Source of the DNA: Candidatus Eiseniibacteriota bacterium
Lineage (GTDB): Bacteria > Eisenbacteria > RBG-16-71-46 > CAZAMP01
DNA: 64,000 bases
Assembly: GCA_965224245.1 (NCBI GenBank)
Contig: OZ245046.1
Coordinates: 192,001-256,000, forward strand
Reading direction: 5' to 3'
The notes beneath the pieces are model-generated. The model made no database searches. It was not told the origin of the DNA and saw only the letters and a list, made by a program, of their open reading frames with translations. Made by a program: the position numbers and the translations under genes. Positions 60,871 through 64,000 of this stretch are shown piece by piece; the stretch's first letter is position 1, and the number at the start of each line of letters is the position of its first letter.

Positions 60871-61335
60871 ATGTTGACCGTACAGACGCAAGAGCTCGAG
60901 CTCGCCCGCTTCGCGAGATCGAAGGACCCGGCCCGGACCATCGACGCGACCTGGCCGATCTACCGTGACCTCGGCACCGCCAGCACCGCGGTCGTCTACT
61001 TCGAGCTCGAGCCCGGCATGCACCTCGGCATGCACACCGACAGCGCCGAGGAGCTCCTGGTTGTGCTCGAGGGCGAGGTGGAGGCGGTGGTCGGCGACGA
61101 GCGCGGCCGGATCCGGGCCGGAGGGATGGCCGTGGTTCCGGCTCGGGTCCCGCACGACGTGATCAGCGTGGGCTCGACACGCGCGCGCGTGGTCGGCGTG
61201 TTCCCGAGCAACTCCATCGTGAGCGTGTTCGAGGAGGGCTTCGCGCCGAGCGGAAGCCGTGTGGTGGGCACGCCGATGCCGCCCGAGGCGAGCGAGGCCG
61301 AGGGGGCTCCGGGTCGCGCGCACGCGGTCGGTTGA
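60871..61335 (+). CDS. Cupin domain protein
   Basis: HTDSAEE..VLEG and VPARVPH motifs; GAGGAGG RBS. Confidence 0.9.
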   Translation: MLTVQTQELELARFARSKDPARTIDATWPIYRDLGTASTAVVYFELEPGMHLGMHTDSAEELLVVLEGEVEAVVGDERGRIRAGGMAVVPARVPHDVISVGSTRARVVGVFPSNSIVSVFEEGFAPSGSRVVGTPMPPEASEAEGAPGRAHAVG

Positions 61336-61338
61336 GGG

Positions 61339-63999
61339 TCAGTCCGTTCGCTCGCGGTCGTCGCGCCACTCGGCCGCGAGCGCCGGCTTCCCCCAGCGCT
61401 CGTAGAGATCCTCGAGCGCCTGTGAGATCTCGCCGACGTAGAACGACCTCGGGCCGCCCCACTCCAGGGCGCGGGCGTACCCGGCGAGCAGGTGCTTCTC
61501 GGCTTCCTCGTACTTGCCGTTCCGCGCCAGGCACCGGCCGTAGTAGGCCTCACTTCGGGCGAGGAGAGCCGGCCACTCCCGGTGGCCTCCCGCGCGAACG
61601 TCGGCGTCGTGTTGGCGGCGGTACTCCTCCTCCGCCGCGGTCGGGTCTCCGCGACGCCACAGGATCCGGGCCATCGTCCCGTGGCTGGCGTCGGGACGCG
61701 AGCAGCGAATCTGTCGGACGAGCTCCTCCGCCTCGTCCAGTCGCCCAGCGTGCGCGAGGGCGTTCGCGTGCTTCCGCTTCGCGAGCACACCGGCTCGCGA
61801 GCGTTCGCCCTCCTCGGCGAAACCCATGTCCGGCCGCCAGTCGACGGCGTCCGAGACGTAGAGGTCTGCATAGAGTGCCGACGCCTCGTCGAGAAGTGCA
61901 TGGGCTTCCTCCAACGCACCCGCCTCGGCGCACAACGAGGCGAGACGATCCAGCACGTCGAGGAGTTGGGGCTCATCCCCGGCTTGGCGGGCCAGGGCGA
62001 GTGCTCGACGCCGTGCGCGTTCGGCGACATCGAAGAGGCCGCGTTCACGGAGTTCTCCTGCGAGTTCGTTGATGGCGCGGGAAGCCGCGGCCGGTGACAG
62101 GAGTCGCTCCATCTCCGCAACGGTCCGGTCGATCAGCTCGTGTGCCTTCTCGTCCTCACGGAGCTCGCTCGCGTACCGGATGGCCTGAATGGTCCAGTAG
62201 CGGAGGTTCCGGACCTCGGATCTCTTCGCGCCGTCGGAGAGCGCGAACCAGAGCTCCAGCGCTTCGAGCTCCGCGTCGAACGCATCCCCGACACGTCCTG
62301 TCAGCTCGAGCGCCTTGGCCTTCGTGTCGAGGTGGCCCGCCACGCTGGAGTGATCGGCTGACTCGCGCGCGGCTTTCACTGCACGCGTCGCGTACCGAAG
62401 CGCGGCCGGCGGATCGCGGAGATCCTCCGGCTCGGCGGTGACCAGGAGCCAGGCGCAGGCCTCGAGATGCGCGGGGTCGGCGTCCGGCGCATCGGCGTGG
62501 AGTCGAAGGCGCCGTATCCAGGACGCCGTGAGACGGTCCGCGTCCTCGGCTCTGCCCGCACGTTTCAGACACCGATGGTAGTTCCGGTAGGCCTGTGTCT
62601 GGACCTGCGACAGGCGGGCCTGGTCGATCTCCTCGCTGTGGTCGAGCGGGCTCCAGTACTCGTACTGCTCGGCGAAGACCTCGAGGGCATCGTCGACCCG
62701 GCCGTTCAGGAGGAAGAAGTTCCCGAAGTCCCGCCGGGCGACCCAGTTGATCGACCCCAGGGTCTCGGCGCGGAAGAGGGCCTCGACCTCGTCGGCATCT
62801 GTGGTCCAGTCGAGAGCTCGGATCAGCGCGAACCGGAGGTTTTGTGCCATCGGATGATCGTCGCCGTACGTCTCCACGACCTTGGCGAGCAGGGGGCGCG
62901 AGAGGGCCTCCGCCTCCTCGTCCTTCCCCTGGAACGTCAGGCTCAGCGCGTACTGGGTGCCGGCGGCAATGGTCTGGGCGTCGTCCGCACCGTAGGTAGC
63001 GAGCGACCGTTCGTAGGCCTCCGATGACAGCTTGGCGGCCTCGAAGCCGTTGCCGCGCCAGCACCAGAGCCCGGACCACGAGATGAGCGACTGGATCGTG
63101 TCGCGGTGGTCCGATCCGAGAACGCGTCGCTGCCGCTCCAGGACGTCGGCGAACAGGGAGTCGCCCTGGGACGCCCGACCCTGGTTACCGACCGCGGCGG
63201 CGTAGAGCGCGGCGGTGCCCAGCGTCATCGGATCATCGGGGCCGAGTTCCCGCTGCATGTCCTCGAGCAGCGGTTGGCTGATCCTCTCCGCGAGAGCCGG
63301 GACGCGAGCCACCGCCGCCCCGACCCCGACCAGGAGCCGCGCACGCAGCACGTCTCGACTCATCGCCGGCTGCACCTCCCGGCGCAGTGCGAGTGCGGCC
63401 TCGAGCTGCTCGATCGCCACGCGGTTCGCGCCGAGCCCGAGCAGCGTCGTGCCGATCGTCTCCCTCGCCTCCGCTTCCAGCAGTGGCTTGCCGGGGAATG
63501 CGTCGTCGATTCGCTCGAGGCCGTTGAGCAGCATCTGCTGCACCGAGATGTCGTCCGACGCGCTCGCGGCGTCGGGCACCGAGCCGGTCGGCGAGAGGCT
63601 CGAGCGGAGGCGGATCTGAAAGGGATCCACCGACGCGAGCATTTCGGCGAAGAACGTGTTGATCTGCTCGGCCGACTCGGCCTCCTGGCGGGCGATCGCG
63701 CGTTCACGGTCGGCCTGGATGAAGCCGTACGTCGCGAGACCGAGTCCGGCCAGGAGTGCGACGGCGACGACTACCGCCACCGACACGGCCGTCCGGTTCC
63801 GGCTCACGAACTTCCGGAACCGGTAGGCGGGCGTGGGTGGGCTGGCCAGCACGGGCTCGTCGTCGAGATGGCGCCGGATGTCGAGCATGAACCCGTTCGC
63901 CGTCTCGTATCGGCGCGTCCGATCCTTCTCGAGCGCCTTCATGACGATCCAGTCCAGATCACCGGAGAGGGAGCGGCGCAGGGTCCGCGCGTCGGTCGA
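61339..63999 (-). CDS. Ser/Thr kinase-TPR protein, 5'-partial
   Basis: GDLDWIVMKALEKDRTRRYETANG kinase tail, TM segment and TPRs; the frame stays open to the window end. Confidence 0.9.
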   Translation of the reverse strand, partial: STDARTLRRSLSGDLDWIVMKALEKDRTRRYETANGFMLDIRRHLDDEPVLASPPTPAYRFRKFVSRNRTAVSVAVVVAVALLAGLGLATYGFIQADRERAIARQEAESAEQINTFFAEMLASVDPFQIRLRSSLSPTGSVPDAASASDDISVQQMLLNGLERIDDAFPGKPLLEAEARETIGTTLLGLGANRVAIEQLEAALALRREVQPAMSRDVLRARLLVGVGAAVARVPALAERISQPLLEDMQRELGPDDPMTLGTAALYAAAVGNQGRASQGDSLFADVLERQRRVLGSDHRDTIQSLISWSGLWCWRGNGFEAAKLSSEAYERSLATYGADDAQTIAAGTQYALSLTFQGKDEEAEALSRPLLAKVVETYGDDHPMAQNLRFALIRALDWTTDADEVEALFRAETLGSINWVARRDFGNFFLLNGRVDDALEVFAEQYEYWSPLDHSEEIDQARLSQVQTQAYRNYHRCLKRAGRAEDADRLTASWIRRLRLHADAPDADPAHLEACAWLLVTAEPEDLRDPPAALRYATRAVKAARESADHSSVAGHLDTKAKALELTGRVGDAFDAELEALELWFALSDGAKRSEVRNLRYWTIQAIRYASELREDEKAHELIDRTVAEMERLLSPAAASRAINELAGELRERGLFDVAERARRRALALARQAGDEPQLLDVLDRLASLCAEAGALEEAHALLDEASALYADLYVSDAVDWRPDMGFAEEGERSRAGVLAKRKHANALAHAGRLDEAEELVRQIRCSRPDASHGTMARILWRRGDPTAAEEEYRRQHDADVRAGGHREWPALLARSEAYYGRCLARNGKYEEAEKHLLAGYARALEWGGPRSFYVGEISQALEDLYERWGKPALAAEWRDDRERTD

Positions 64000-64000
64000 A

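Overview
High-GC bacterial window dominated by secreted and surface proteins. Eleven genes plus one remnant end in a FlgD-Ig/T9SS-type-A-like C-terminal domain (CTD), and three end in a short S/T-W-G/S-x-I/V/L-K tail. This combination suggests a Krumholzibacteriota/Latescibacterota/Eisenbacteria-like lineage (inference). Also present: a CHAT-unknown-subtilase cluster, an FkbH/deacetylase/Wzx glycan module, an ECF43-type sigma factor with its Ser/Thr kinase, a patatin, an orphan cNMP-domain histidine kinase, tandem duplicated CGCGG lipoproteins next to a vitamin K-dependent carboxylase homologue, a frameshifted FG-GAP gene, a di-heme peroxidase with a CTD, and a TetR/cupin module. The best-resolved structure is an IS110-family (IS1111-type) element at about 29056-32045. 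It sits exactly in a host stop codon and supplies a replacement stop and terminator. It carries a two-loop bridge-RNA candidate and a third, antisense copy of the same RNA motif at the other end. Its recombinase is interrupted by an IS3-family element (30001-31414, CAG duplication). No rRNA, tRNA or CRISPR array was found. All calls come from reading motifs by eye; no searches were run.
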